A DNA stretch of 64,000 bases from an uncultured delta proteobacterium (GTDB lineage: Bacteria > Myxococcota > Myxococcia > Myxococcales > Anaeromyxobacteraceae), in assembly GCA_963828255.1 (NCBI GenBank), contig CAWHDZ010000007.1, positions 1 to 64,000 on the forward strand, given 5' to 3'. This document shows, piece after piece, positions 33,868 through 45,999 of the stretch. The notes under the pieces are model-generated. The model searched no databases, was not told the DNA's origin, and worked only from the letters and a program-made list of their open reading frames with translations. The stretch's first letter is position 1, and the number at the start of each line of letters is the position of its first letter. A program made the translations under genes and the position numbers.

Positions 33868-34182
33868 ATGCAATCAGTTCAGCCGGCGAGTCTCGTCATC
33901 CGCATGGATGGCGCCTTCGACATCGATTCCGTGCAGGCGATCCAGAGCCGGATCGAGGGGCTTCCCGGCGACGCGGAGGTCTACGTCGATCTCTCCCGGG
34001 TGCGCGAGTTCCACGACCGGGCCGTCGCCATGCTGGCCGAGGTCCTGGCGGTGGCGCGGGCGCGCGTCTCGGTGCGCGGCCTCCGGCAGCACCAGTACCG
34101 CATGCTCCGCTACCTGGGCGTCATGCCCAGCGCGCTCGATCCCGGCCTGGCCGCCCGCTCCGCCCCCGCCCTCGAGCGGTAG
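33868..34182 (+). CDS. Single STAS-domain protein
   Basis: IRMDGAFD..VYVDLSRVREFHD..VRGLRQHQYRMLRYLG. Confidence 0.8.
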   Translation: MQSVQPASLVIRMDGAFDIDSVQAIQSRIEGLPGDAEVYVDLSRVREFHDRAVAMLAEVLAVARARVSVRGLRQHQYRMLRYLGVMPSALDPGLAARSAPALER

Positions 34183-34198
34183 ACCCTCCCGCTTTTCC

Positions 34199-34654
34199 CT
34201 ATCTCCTTCGGATCGCCGCAAGCTCGGCGAAGGGCTCGCTCCTCGGCATGGAGCGAAAGGCCTCCGCCAGGTCCGCGGGCGGCGCCACGGCGCGGCGCGC
34301 CTCCAGGTCGATGAACGAGCCCAGCACCGTGACCAGGGCCATCTCCGTTCCGTCGCCCTTCCAGAGCCTGTGACGGATCGACCAGCGGGACGCGTCGGAA
34401 GCGATCCCGGCACAGAGGGCGTCCACCAGCACCTCCTCGCCGATGGCCGCCTCGCGGCGGTACTCGATCTCCTCGCGGAAGAGCACCGGCCCGAGGTGGA
34501 CCGACTGGAACCGGGTCCACGGATAGCCGAACGAGGCGAAGAGGGCCACCCGCGTGTCGTTGGCGAACTCGGGGTAGGCGGTGTTGCGCAGGTGGCCGTT
34601 CGCGTCGGCGTCGGACCAGCGCACCACGAAGCGTCGCGAGAAGGGGGAGGTCAT
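34199..34654 (-). CDS. Acyl-CoA thioesterase (4HBT/FcbC-like)
   Basis: VRWSDADANGHLRNTAY..GPVLFREEIEYRRE. Confidence 0.85.
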   Translation of the reverse strand: MTSPFSRRFVVRWSDADANGHLRNTAYPEFANDTRVALFASFGYPWTRFQSVHLGPVLFREEIEYRREAAIGEEVLVDALCAGIASDASRWSIRHRLWKGDGTEMALVTVLGSFIDLEARRAVAPPADLAEAFRSMPRSEPFAELAAIRRR

Positions 34655-36576
34655 CGCGGAGGCGCCAGGTCGTCCCGCGAGCCGAAGAAGTAACGGCCGT
34701 CGAACTGGCCCCGGAGGTAGAAGTTGTACGAGGGTGTGAGCGCCGCGTTGCCGTAGCCTTCCGGGAAGACCACCGGGCTCGTGAAGGGGATCTCCACCCC
34801 GAAGCCGAACTGCACCACGGTGGCGAAGACCAGCTGGGTGGCGAAGGTGCGGAATGGGGTCCACTCCAGGATCGGGAAGCTCAGCGCGATCGACCGGAGC
34901 TGTGCCGCCCCGAAGGTGGACTCCGGTGCGGGCGGCGGGCCAACGGGCACGAGGACCACCACGTCGGAGAGGTAGCCGTAGAGCACGGCGTCCACCTCGC
35001 GCCCGATGACGACCTGCAGGGTGCCGAGGCCGATGCCGAAGCTCCGCTCGTAGGGGATGAGCCCGCCGCTCGCCGCGGCCACCCCCACCGAGCTGAGCGC
35101 GCTCGGCGACACCAGCGCCAGGATGGGTCCCAGGACGAGCATGTCTCCGGGGATGAGCCAGAAGGGCATCCGGATGCCGAGCCGCAGCCCGGTGCGGGCG
35201 GGGACGCGCGGGAAGAAGGCGCTGGTGCCGAGGACCGAGCAGACCGCTCCCCCGTCGCACGCGTCGGTCTGGGCCGACTGCATGGTGATGCCTGCGTCGA
35301 TGAAGGCGAGCCCCGTGCCGACCGATCCGGTCAGGCTCTCCGCGCCGAAGCCGAGCCGCAGGCCGGCCGAGAGCGACCCGTAGAACTGCGCGGTGTCGGT
35401 GCCGAACCCGCCCCAGCCCACTTCCCCGGTGATGGACGAGAAGGCGCCGATGAAGGGGCCGAGCTCCTCGCGGAAGCGGGGCAGGTGGACGTCGCCCTGG
35501 CCCCGGCCGGGCACCGGCATGGCCTGGACGACGGGGTTGAAGTGGCGCGCCAGGCCGTCGGCCCGCGCCACCGACGGCTGGAACTCCTCGATGCAGGAGT
35601 CGAAGCCGAAGATCTCGGCCGCCGGGCGGCCGAAGGAGGTGGCCAGCACGCCGAGCTCGTCGCCCGGGCGCAGGGCGGCCACGAGCTGCTCGAGGCTGAA
35701 CGCCACCGCGTCGGATCCCCGCCGGAGGTCGGCGTCCCGCATGAAGGAGTCGCCGAAGAGGATGATCGCCTCGCCTCCCCAGGTGACCCCGTCGTAGCCG
35801 AACTCGTTGTAGTAGTCGTGCGTTCCCTTGCGCCAGGCGTCGCTCCCCCAGGTGCCGACCACGTGGCCGGCGGCGTAGATGTCCTCGATCCAGTGGAGCG
35901 CGTAGCCCTCGGTGGCCAGGATGCGCAGCGCGGCGTCCGGTCGCTCGGCCGGCGGCGGAGGGTTCGACGCGTAGCGCTGGGCCAGCTCGAGCGCCGCCAT
36001 GTGGTACTGCAGGTACATCCCCATGGCGTTGAGCGGGGCGCCCTCCTTGACCGCGTTGCGGATGTAGGCCGCCCCGTCGTTGTTCACGCGCGGCAGCAGG
36101 AAGTGGGCGTTGTTCGCCCCGGCGCGGCTCACGTAAGCGGGGTCGGCCGCCTGGAGCGCCAGGTTGGAGGTGGCGATGGCGTTCAGCGACTGTTCCCGGT
36201 CGCGGGCCTTGTCCAGGTTGGCCTGGGTCTCCGCGGCCACGCGCGCCACGTCGAGGATCCAGTCGCCGGGGAGCGTTTGCTCGACGACCTCCCTCGGGCT
36301 GCAGGAGTGGTCGGCCGACATGGCCGGGAGGGCCGCGAAGTCGATGCAGCCGGGCCTGAGCCCCTGATCCCCCTCGCTCGTCCCCGGGCAGAGCCGCGCG
36401 GGGAGCACCGCCCGCGCCTCGCTCCAGAGCGCGTCGAGGGCGGCGCGCTCCTCGGGAGGAAGCTTCTGGATACCGGCCACCGCCATGTTGCGGTGCTCCG
36501 GGTAGATCCAGGCGGACGCTACGGCCGGGAGGGATGCCAGGGCGAGGGCGACCCACGGGGCGGGCGACAGGCGCAT
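34651..36576 (-). CDS. Secreted protein with putative Zn-dependent PLC/P1-nuclease-like N-domain
   Basis: Signal ASA|WIYPEH; NNAHF; LHWIEDIYAAGH; HDYYNE. Confidence 0.6.
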   Translation of the reverse strand: MRLSPAPWVALALASLPAVASAWIYPEHRNMAVAGIQKLPPEERAALDALWSEARAVLPARLCPGTSEGDQGLRPGCIDFAALPAMSADHSCSPREVVEQTLPGDWILDVARVAAETQANLDKARDREQSLNAIATSNLALQAADPAYVSRAGANNAHFLLPRVNNDGAAYIRNAVKEGAPLNAMGMYLQYHMAALELAQRYASNPPPPAERPDAALRILATEGYALHWIEDIYAAGHVVGTWGSDAWRKGTHDYYNEFGYDGVTWGGEAIILFGDSFMRDADLRRGSDAVAFSLEQLVAALRPGDELGVLATSFGRPAAEIFGFDSCIEEFQPSVARADGLARHFNPVVQAMPVPGRGQGDVHLPRFREELGPFIGAFSSITGEVGWGGFGTDTAQFYGSLSAGLRLGFGAESLTGSVGTGLAFIDAGITMQSAQTDACDGGAVCSVLGTSAFFPRVPARTGLRLGIRMPFWLIPGDMLVLGPILALVSPSALSSVGVAAASGGLIPYERSFGIGLGTLQVVIGREVDAVLYGYLSDVVVLVPVGPPPAPESTFGAAQLRSIALSFPILEWTPFRTFATQLVFATVVQFGFGVEIPFTSPVVFPEGYGNAALTPSYNFYLRGQFDGRYFFGSRDDLAPPR

Positions 36577-36635
36577 CCCTTGCGACTAGCAGGAGCCCGC
36601 GGCGCCGTAAAGCGCCACGGGCTAAGACCTCCGAC

Positions 36636-37832
36636 GTGTCCACGCTCGAGGTCCACGTCCGCTCCAGCATCTCCGACGTCCCGGCCGTCGAGTGGGACCG
36701 GCTCTGGGCCCACGAGCCCGACCGGGCCACGCCATTCCTCTCCCACGCCTGGCTCGACGCGCTCGAGCAGTCCGGGGCCGCCGCCCCGGGAAGCGGGTGG
36801 ACCGGGCGCCACCTCCTGCTCCGGCGCGGGGGGCGCACGGTGGCGGCCCTCCCGGCCTGGTCGCGGACCGACTCTCACGGGGACTTCGGCCGGGACTGGC
36901 AGTGGGCCGCGGCCGCCGAACGGGCCGGGATCGCCTACTACCCGAAGCTCGTGGTCGGGGTCCCGTTCACCCCGGCCACCGGGCGGCGCCTGCTCGTGGC
37001 CGAGGGGGAGGACCGGGGCGAGATGGCCCGCGCGGCCGTCGCCGCCCTGCGCGAGCTCTGCGCCGAGGAGGGGCTCCATTCCATCCACGTCCTCCACCTG
37101 CCGGGCGGGGACGCCCTGGAGCTCGAGGAGGCCGGCCTCGCCCTGCGGGTGGATTTCCAGTTCCACTGGGTGAACCACGGCTACGCGACCTTCGACGACT
37201 TCCTGGCCCGCTTCACCTCCAAGCGGCGCAACGCCATCCGGCGGGAGCGCGGTACCCCGGCGTCGCAGGGGATCGCCATCCGCACCGTCCGCGGCGACGA
37301 GCTGGGGGAGCGGCCGGCGGCCTGGGCGCGGGACGTGGCGCGGCTGCACGAGCGCTCGGTCTCGCAGATGGAGTGGGGGATGAAGTTCCTCGACCGGTCC
37401 TTCCACGAGCGGGTGATGCGCACCATGCCCGGCTCGCTCGAGGTGGTGGAGGCGCGCCGGGATGGGAAGCTCCTGGCCATGGCGTTCAACGTGGCCTCCC
37501 CGGGCCGGCTCTTCGGCCGCTACTGGGGCGCGGTGGAGGAGCACCCCTTCCTGCACTTCAACGTCGCGCTCTACCACTCGGTGGAGGAGTGCATCCGGCT
37601 CGGGAGGCAGGTCTTCGAGGGAGGCGCCGGGGGGGACCACAAGCTCTCCCGGGGATTCGAGCCGGCCGAGGTCTGGAGCGCCCACCACTTCCTCGATCCC
37701 CGCCTCGACCTGCCCGTCCGCCGCCACCTGGCGGAGGCGCGGGTGGCGGCCCGGGAGGGGCTCCTGCGCTGGCGCGCCGGGTCGGCGGTGCTCAGGCCGG
37801 GAGGCGTGCCTCGGGCCGACGGCCCCAGGTGA
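36636..37832 (+). CDS. FemAB-like GNAT protein (DUF482 family)
   Basis: PFLSHAWLDALE, YYPKLVVGVPFTPATG, FQFHW.N, LFGRYWG, FEGGAGGDHKLSRGF. Confidence 0.9.
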   Translation: MSTLEVHVRSSISDVPAVEWDRLWAHEPDRATPFLSHAWLDALEQSGAAAPGSGWTGRHLLLRRGGRTVAALPAWSRTDSHGDFGRDWQWAAAAERAGIAYYPKLVVGVPFTPATGRRLLVAEGEDRGEMARAAVAALRELCAEEGLHSIHVLHLPGGDALELEEAGLALRVDFQFHWVNHGYATFDDFLARFTSKRRNAIRRERGTPASQGIAIRTVRGDELGERPAAWARDVARLHERSVSQMEWGMKFLDRSFHERVMRTMPGSLEVVEARRDGKLLAMAFNVASPGRLFGRYWGAVEEHPFLHFNVALYHSVEECIRLGRQVFEGGAGGDHKLSRGFEPAEVWSAHHFLDPRLDLPVRRHLAEARVAAREGLLRWRAGSAVLRPGGVPRADGPR

Positions 37833-38565
37833 GCCGGAGCTCACGGGTCCAGGTCGCACCCCCGGTGCGCAAGGCCAGCGCCCGGGCGTCGGCCAGCAGC
37901 CCGGAGAGCCGCTCGGAGGAGAGCGCCGGCCCCACCAGCGAGAGGGAGCGCAGCACGGCGTCGAGCCGATCCGGGGGGAAGACCTGCTCGTCCCGGAAGG
38001 CCTCGGCGGCCCGTCCGCGCACCCCCGCCGCGGAGAGGAACTGCGACAGGCGCCCGGACGCGCGCGGGCGCGCCTTCGGATTCTCCCGGGCCAGGAGGGC
38101 CACGAGACCGTCGGTGAAGGGGGATCCGCCCAGGTGGGCCTCGACGACCGCCACCGCGCCGCCCGGGGCGAGCAGGCGCCCGGCCTCGCGCCCCGCGGCC
38201 TCCGGCTCGACCCACTGCAGGGCATCGGAGAGAAGGACGAGCGTCGCATCCCCGCCCGGGAGGCCGGTCTCCTCGGCGGACGCGTGAACCGGCTCGACGG
38301 GCAGGCCCGCCGCGCCCTCGCGGAGCAGGTCGAGCATGGCATCGGCCGGCTCGACCGCGCGCACCGCCACCCCTCGCGCGGCGAGCGGGATGGCGAGGAG
38401 CCCGGTTCCAGCCCCCAGGTCCACCGCCGGCCCCGCCCCGCCGGCGAGCGCCGCGAGGCGGTCGACCAGCGCCGACGGGTAGGCAGGCCGGGCGCGGTAG
38501 TCGCCCGCGAGCCGGTTGAAGATCCACCTCTCCGATTCGTCCACCTCGACGCCTCGCCGTCCCAT
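37792..38565 (-). CDS. Class I SAM-dependent methyltransferase
   Basis: YRARPAYP, VDLGAGTG, AVEP, ASAEETGL. Confidence 0.85.
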   Translation of the reverse strand: MGRRGVEVDESERWIFNRLAGDYRARPAYPSALVDRLAALAGGAGPAVDLGAGTGLLAIPLAARGVAVRAVEPADAMLDLLREGAAGLPVEPVHASAEETGLPGGDATLVLLSDALQWVEPEAAGREAGRLLAPGGAVAVVEAHLGGSPFTDGLVALLARENPKARPRASGRLSQFLSAAGVRGRAAEAFRDEQVFPPDRLDAVLRSLSLVGPALSSERLSGLLADARALALRTGGATWTRELRLTWGRRPEARLPA

Positions 38566-38623
38566 CGTCCAACCTTAGCACCCCGCCCGGCGCGGACCGA
38601 GGGGCGCTGCTAGACTGCGCGCC

Positions 38624-39552
<929 letters not shown>

Positions 39553-39556
<4 letters not shown>

Positions 39557-40314
39557 ACCTCCTGGGGGTCCAGACACTCTTCGTGAAGGAGGTGCGCCGC
39601 TTCCTCCGGGTTCCAGGGCAGACCCTGCTCTCCCCGCTCATCACCACCTCCCTCTACTTCCTGGTCTTCGGCTGGTCCCTGGGGTCCCGCATCCAGGAGG
39701 TGGACGGGGTGCCCTACGCCCGGTTCATCCTCCCAGGCCTGATCGTGCTGGGGGTGGTCACCAACGCCTACCTGAACAGCGCCTCGTCGCTCTTCGTGAT
39801 GAAGCTCCAGGGGACGGTGGTCGATCTCCTGGTCTCGCCCCTCTCCTACGCGGAGATCCTGGGCGCCTTCGTGGCCGCCGCGGTGGCCCGCGGGATGCTG
39901 GTGGGCGGCATCATGTGGATCGTGGGCGCCCTCTTCACCGGGTTCGGGGTGGCCCACCCGGTGCTGGCCTTGCTGCTCCTCGTGGCGGTGGCAGCCGGGT
40001 TCGCCGCGCTGGGCTTCATGACCGCCACCTGGGCGGGGAGCTTCGAGCAGGTGAACTTCCTCCCCACCTTCGTGGTGACGCCGCTCACCTTCCTGGGAGG
40101 GGTCTTCTACTCGGCATCCATGGCGCCGCCGGCCCTGCGGTGGCTCACCCGGTCGAACCCGATCTACTACCTCGTCGAGACCCTGCGCTGGTCGGTGACG
40201 GGGAGGGCGGACGCTCCGCCGGAGGCGGGCTTCGCAGTCGCCACCGTGCTGGCCGGAGGCGCCCTCCTGGCCGCCTACGGGCTCCTCCGGAGCGGCTGGC
40301 GCCTCCGGGGATGA
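39553..40314 (+). CDS. ABC-2 transporter permease (YadH-like)
   Basis: KEVRRFLRV..QTLLSP, FILPGL, PLTFLGGVFYS, NPIYY. Confidence 0.92.
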
Positions 40315-40399
40315 TCGAAACACTTCGGGATTGCCTTCGGGCCGTCGTTGGTTATCCTACGGCACCAATTCAAGGCCCTATTTTCCCGGAGGTTTCCCG

Positions 40400-41209
40400 A
40401 TGCGTCTCGTTCTCGCCGTTCTGCTCGCGCTGTCCGTCACGGCGTGCAAGAAGTCCAATGCGCCGACCCCGGCGCAGGCCCCCGCGGCCGAAGCCCCCGC
40501 AGCCGCGGCCGGCGGCGTGCGCGGGAAGGTCGTCGAGCGCATCGACGCCGCCCCGTACAGCTACCTCCGGATCGCCGGCCCCACGGGTGAGATCTGGGCC
40601 GCCGTGCCGCAGGCCGCCATCGAGAACGGCGCCGAGGTGGTCATCGAGAACCCCATGCCCATGGACGGGTTCGAGTCGAAGACCCTGAACCGCAAGTTCG
40701 AGAAGATCTACTTCGGGACGCTCGGCGGACAGGGCGGCGCACCCCAGGCCGCGGCCCCGGCCGGCGGCGCTCCCAACCCGATGGGCGGCATGCCCCCGGG
40801 CATGATGCCCCCCGGCGGGATGCCCCCGGGCGGGATGGCAGCACAGCACGCCGCCGCGGGCGCGGGTCCGACCGACGTCGGTGACGTGAAGGTTCCCAAG
40901 GCCACCGGCGCCAACGCCAAGACCGTGGCCGAGATCCACGCCCAGAAGGCCCAGCTGAAGGAGAAGAAGATCACGGTCCGCGGCAAGGTCGTGAAGTCGA
41001 ACGCCGGGATCATGGGCAAGAACTGGATCCACGTCCGCGACGGCAGCGGCACCCAGGAGAAGGGCGACAACGACATCACCGTCACCTCCGAGTCGGCCGC
41101 CAACGTCGGCGAGGTGCTGGTGATCACCGGCGTGGTCCGGGTGGACAAGGACTTCGGCGCCGGCTACGCCTACCCGGTCATCATCGAGGAGGCCGTCTAC
41201 GCGAAGTAG
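40400..41209 (+). CDS. Lipoprotein with OB-fold domains and GMPP repeat linker
   Basis: Lipobox VTAC; VRGKVVK..IMGKNWIHVRDGSG..DKDFGAGYAY. Confidence 0.8.
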   Translation: MRLVLAVLLALSVTACKKSNAPTPAQAPAAEAPAAAAGGVRGKVVERIDAAPYSYLRIAGPTGEIWAAVPQAAIENGAEVVIENPMPMDGFESKTLNRKFEKIYFGTLGGQGGAPQAAAPAGGAPNPMGGMPPGMMPPGGMPPGGMAAQHAAAGAGPTDVGDVKVPKATGANAKTVAEIHAQKAQLKEKKITVRGKVVKSNAGIMGKNWIHVRDGSGTQEKGDNDITVTSESAANVGEVLVITGVVRVDKDFGAGYAYPVIIEEAVYAK

Positions 41210-41226
41210 GCGCGCCCCACGGGACT

Positions 41227-41273
41227 GAAACGGGAAGGGCGGTCCGGATCACCCGGGCCGCCCTTCTCCTTTC
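41227..41273. terminator. Bidirectional terminator hairpin between convergent genes
   Basis: GAAGGGCGGTCCGG-atcac-CCGGGCCGCCCTTC flanked by GAAA and CTTTC. Confidence 0.7.
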
Positions 41274-41303
41274 GCGCACCGTACGCCCGGGATGGCGCGG
41301 GGA

Positions 41304-41901
41304 TCACTTCGTCCCGTTGATGAGCTCGTCGAAGGTCTTCTTCACCTTCGCCGAGACGCAGCCCTGGACGGCCCCCGTGAAGCCGTGGGGACGGTGCGCC
41401 CGCCGGGACGTCGACCGTGCCGCCGAGGTAGAACACCAGGTTCCCGTTCTGGAGGAAGTCAGCGAGGTTGTTGTCCGGCCGATGCTGGCCGGATCGTTGA
41501 GGCCCTGGAGCCGGATGGTCATGCAGCCCCGGCCGTGACCGCCACCTGCTTGGTGGTACGTCGTTCGACACCGTCAGGGAGACGCTCGACCGCTGAAGTT
41601 GGCAGCCGTTGAAGGTTGTGCACGTGCTCGTCGCCTGGATGCCGAGGCTGAGGAAACGGAGGATGCGGTTCTCGGGCAGTCCGTCGAGGAGGACGCTCGG
41701 GAAGGGCGTCCTCGAGGATGCCCAGGTCCACCTGTCCGGAGCCGGCCCTGGACGACGGCCCCACGGTCGGGCGGTGCCGTTCCCGATGGTGAAGCTCTGC
41801 GGCAGGAGGGTGAGGCAGGCGAGCGGCTGCTCCGCCTCGACGTTGAAGCTGCCGCATCCGGCGAGCGGAAGGGCAAGCAAAGCGATCGCGATGTTCTTCA
41901 T
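41304..41901 (-). pseudogene. Lipoprotein gene with multiple frameshifts
   Basis: MKNIAIALLALPLAGC start; fragments in changing frames to ..GCVSAKVKKTFDELINGTK stop. Confidence 0.6.
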
Positions 41902-41915
41902 GGGAGTCCTCGCTC

Positions 41916-42522
41916 TCAGAAGAAGTACTGGAAGGAGAGGCGTGCGGCCGGCGCGAAGGCCTGGGCCTTCCACGGGTCGGCGGTGACCTGGACGTTGTTC
42001 ACGGTCGCGCTGCCGCCCTTCACGTTCAGCGAGAGCCAGCCATGCCGCCCTCGATCTTGAAGGTGAAGCCGCGACGGCTGCCGAGCCGATGCCCAGGAGA
42101 CCGGACCACCAGTTGTAGCTGGCGTCGCCGATGAGCGGGGCCATCGCGGTCTCGAGCATGCCCGCCCACTTCTTGATCTGGTCGGTCGTGTTGCCCGCGA
42201 AGTAGTAGCCGTACTCCCCGCGGAAGATGGGGAAGACGATGAAGTCGATGGGGCGGAACTCGACCCCGAGCGACGAGGCCCGGCGCGAGGGTGTAGGCGA
42301 AGCCGGCGTCGACGAGGACCCAGTAGAACGGCGAGTAGACGAACGAGAGGACCGCTCCGTCCGGCGCGCCGAGGGCGAGCCTGAGCCCGAACTGGGATAG
42401 GGCTCCTCGACGGGCACCGGCGCCGGGGCGGACCTTGCGGCCGGCGGCACGTCCTGCGGTTCCGCGGAGGCCATGCCGGGGGCGGCGAGGAGGGCCGCGA
42501 GGAGGAGTGGGGCGAGTCGCAT
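41916..42522 (-). pseudogene. Outer-membrane beta-barrel gene with multiple frameshifts
   Basis: MRLAPLLLAALLAAP signal; fragments FGLRLALGAPDGAVLS.. / GVEFRPIDF.. / GFTFKIEGG / ..ARLSFQYFF in different frames. Confidence 0.6.
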
Positions 42523-42651
42523 GGAGGGCTCCGGTTGGAGGCACGGCGACGACGGGGAAGTTTGGCACGCCTCCGCACCGAGAAGAAGGGTCTCCCAGGT
42601 TTCATGTGGGTGAAGCACCCACGACCCGGAGGTGCTACGGTCCCGCCCCGA

Positions 42652-43209
42652 TTGGCACTTCCGGCAACGCTCCACGATTTCCAGATCGAGCTCGCCAACG
42701 TGGACGCGGGCGAGCACCTGCGCGTCTCGCTGCGGGCGGCCAGGCACCCTTCCGAGTCGATGGAGCGGCTCTGGCTCCGGGTCCTCGCCCAGTGCTGGCG
42801 GTGGAGGGAGGGGATCGAGCAGGGACCGGGCCTCTCCGATCCCGACGCCCCCGACGTCCTGGCCCGCGACCTCACCGGCGAGATCCGGCTCTGGGTCCGC
42901 GTGGGGCGCCCCGAGGCGGCCCGCGTCCAGCAGGAGGCCGACCGGAACCGGCGCGCCGACGTGGCCGTGCTCTTCGACTCGCCGCGCCGGATGGAGGCCT
43001 TCGTCGAGGAGGCACGCGCGGCCGGGCTGGAACGGCTCGGGAGGGTGGCGCTGGCCGCGGTGACGCCGGCGTTCATGGCCGATCTGGCCAGGAACGAGGA
43101 GCGCCGGGCCAGGCTCTCCCTCACCATCGTCGGGGACCACCTGTACGTCGAGCGGGACGGCCAGTCCTTCGACGGCCCCCTCGTCAGGGGCTACATCCCC
43201 GGAATGTGA
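42652..43209 (+). CDS. yaeQ: YaeQ family protein
   Basis: MALPATLHDFQIELANVD..ARHPSESMERLWLRVLA..GLSDPDAPD..LWVRVG.P. Confidence 0.85.
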   Translation: MALPATLHDFQIELANVDAGEHLRVSLRAARHPSESMERLWLRVLAQCWRWREGIEQGPGLSDPDAPDVLARDLTGEIRLWVRVGRPEAARVQQEADRNRRADVAVLFDSPRRMEAFVEEARAAGLERLGRVALAAVTPAFMADLARNEERRARLSLTIVGDHLYVERDGQSFDGPLVRGYIPGM

Positions 43210-43255
43210 AGGCAAAGGTTGTCGTGCGCGCGACGGCCGCCTCGTTACATTTCCG

Positions 43256-43282
43256 CTATCGGGACCTTTTCGGTCCAGATAG
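43256..43282. promoter_or_regulatory. Palindromic operator upstream of the suf operon (putative Rrf2/SufR site)
   Basis: CTATC-g-GGACC-ttttc-GGTCC-a-GATAG. Confidence 0.75.
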
Positions 43283-43331
43283 GCTCCCAACTCGGGGGTT
43301 GGGGATTACCCCCAAAAAGGGTGGTTCGACG

Positions 43332-43792
43332 ATGATCCGCATGACCAAGCTCACCGACTACGGGATCGTCATCCTCACGCACATGGCGATGGAGGCGCCG
43401 GGCTCGCTGCACACGGCCCAGGACCTGTCCTCCAAGTCGCGGGTGCCGGTGCCCACTGCGTCGAAGCTCCTCAAGTCGCTGGCCCGCGCCGGACTGGTGG
43501 TCTCCCACCGCGGCCGCAACGGCGGCTATGGCCTCTCCCGCGACGCCGACACCATCTCGGTCGCCGAGATCATCGCCGCCATCGAGGGGCCCATCGGGCT
43601 CACCGAGTGCGGGACGGGCGCCGGGAGCGCCTGCGACATGGAGCCCTTCTGCGCCGCCAAGGGGCGCTGGGCGCCCATCAACCAGGCCATCGAGCGGGCG
43701 CTCCAGGACGTGCCCCTCTCGGCCATGAAGCCGGTGCAGCCGGTGCAGCCGGAGCGGCTGGTCCGGCTCGAGGCCGGGACGGGGGTCGCGCC

Positions 43793-43796
<4 letters not shown>
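43332..43796 (+). CDS. Rrf2-family SUF system regulator
   Basis: [31 protein letters not shown]7-C-x5-C. Confidence 0.92.
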
Positions 43797-45231
<1,435 letters not shown>

Positions 45232-45235
<4 letters not shown>

Positions 45236-45999
45236 GCCAGGGGTCGAACGGGGCGGCGCTGCTCGAGGTGCACGGCCTCCGGGCGCGCATCGACGACAAG
45301 GAGATCCTGAAGGGTCTCGACCTCACCGTGAATCCCGGCGAGGTGCACGCCATCATGGGGCCGAACGGCTCGGGCAAGAGCACCTTCGCCGGGGTCCTGG
45401 CGGGCCGTGACCGCGCCGAGGTGACCGGCGGCACCGTCACCCTCGACGGCAAGGACCTGCTCGCCCTCACCCCGGAGGCGCGGGCCGTGTCCGGCCTCTT
45501 CCTGGGCTTCCAGTACCCGGTGGAGATCCCCGGCGTGGGGAACATGTACTTCCTCCGCACCGCGCTGAACGCCCAGCGCAAGGCCCGCGGCGAGGAGGAG
45601 CTCGACGCCGTGGACTTCCTCGGGCTCGCCCGGGAGAAGATGAAGCTCGTCGAGATGGACCCGGCCTTCATGAACCGGGGCGTCAACGAGGGGTTCTCCG
45701 GCGGGGAGAAGAAGCGCAACGAGGTGCTGCAGATGGCGGTGCTCGAGCCCCGCCTCTCCATCCTCGACGAGATCGACAGCGGCCTCGACATCGACGCGCT
45801 CCGCGTGGTGGCGCGGGGGGTGGAGTCGCTGCGCAGCCCCCACCGCTCCACCATCCTGGTCACCCACTACCAGCGCCTCCTCGAGTACATCGTGCCCGAC
45901 CGCATCCACGTGATGGCCGGGGGGCGCATCGTCCGCTCCGGCGGGCGCGAGCTGGCCCTCGAGCTCGAGAAGAAGGGCTACGCCTGGGTGGAATCGTGA
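45232..45999 (+). CDS. sufC: Fe-S cluster assembly ATPase SufC
   Basis: [38 protein letters not shown]. Confidence 0.97.

Noticed and set aside
40782..40838. GGCATGCCCCCG-type tandem repeats
   Set aside because: Encode a low-complexity GMPP linker inside a CDS
42562..42578. Sigma54-like TTGGCACG...GC upstream of yaeQ
   Set aside because: GG-to-GC spacing is 9 rather than 10 nt and the -12 element is poor
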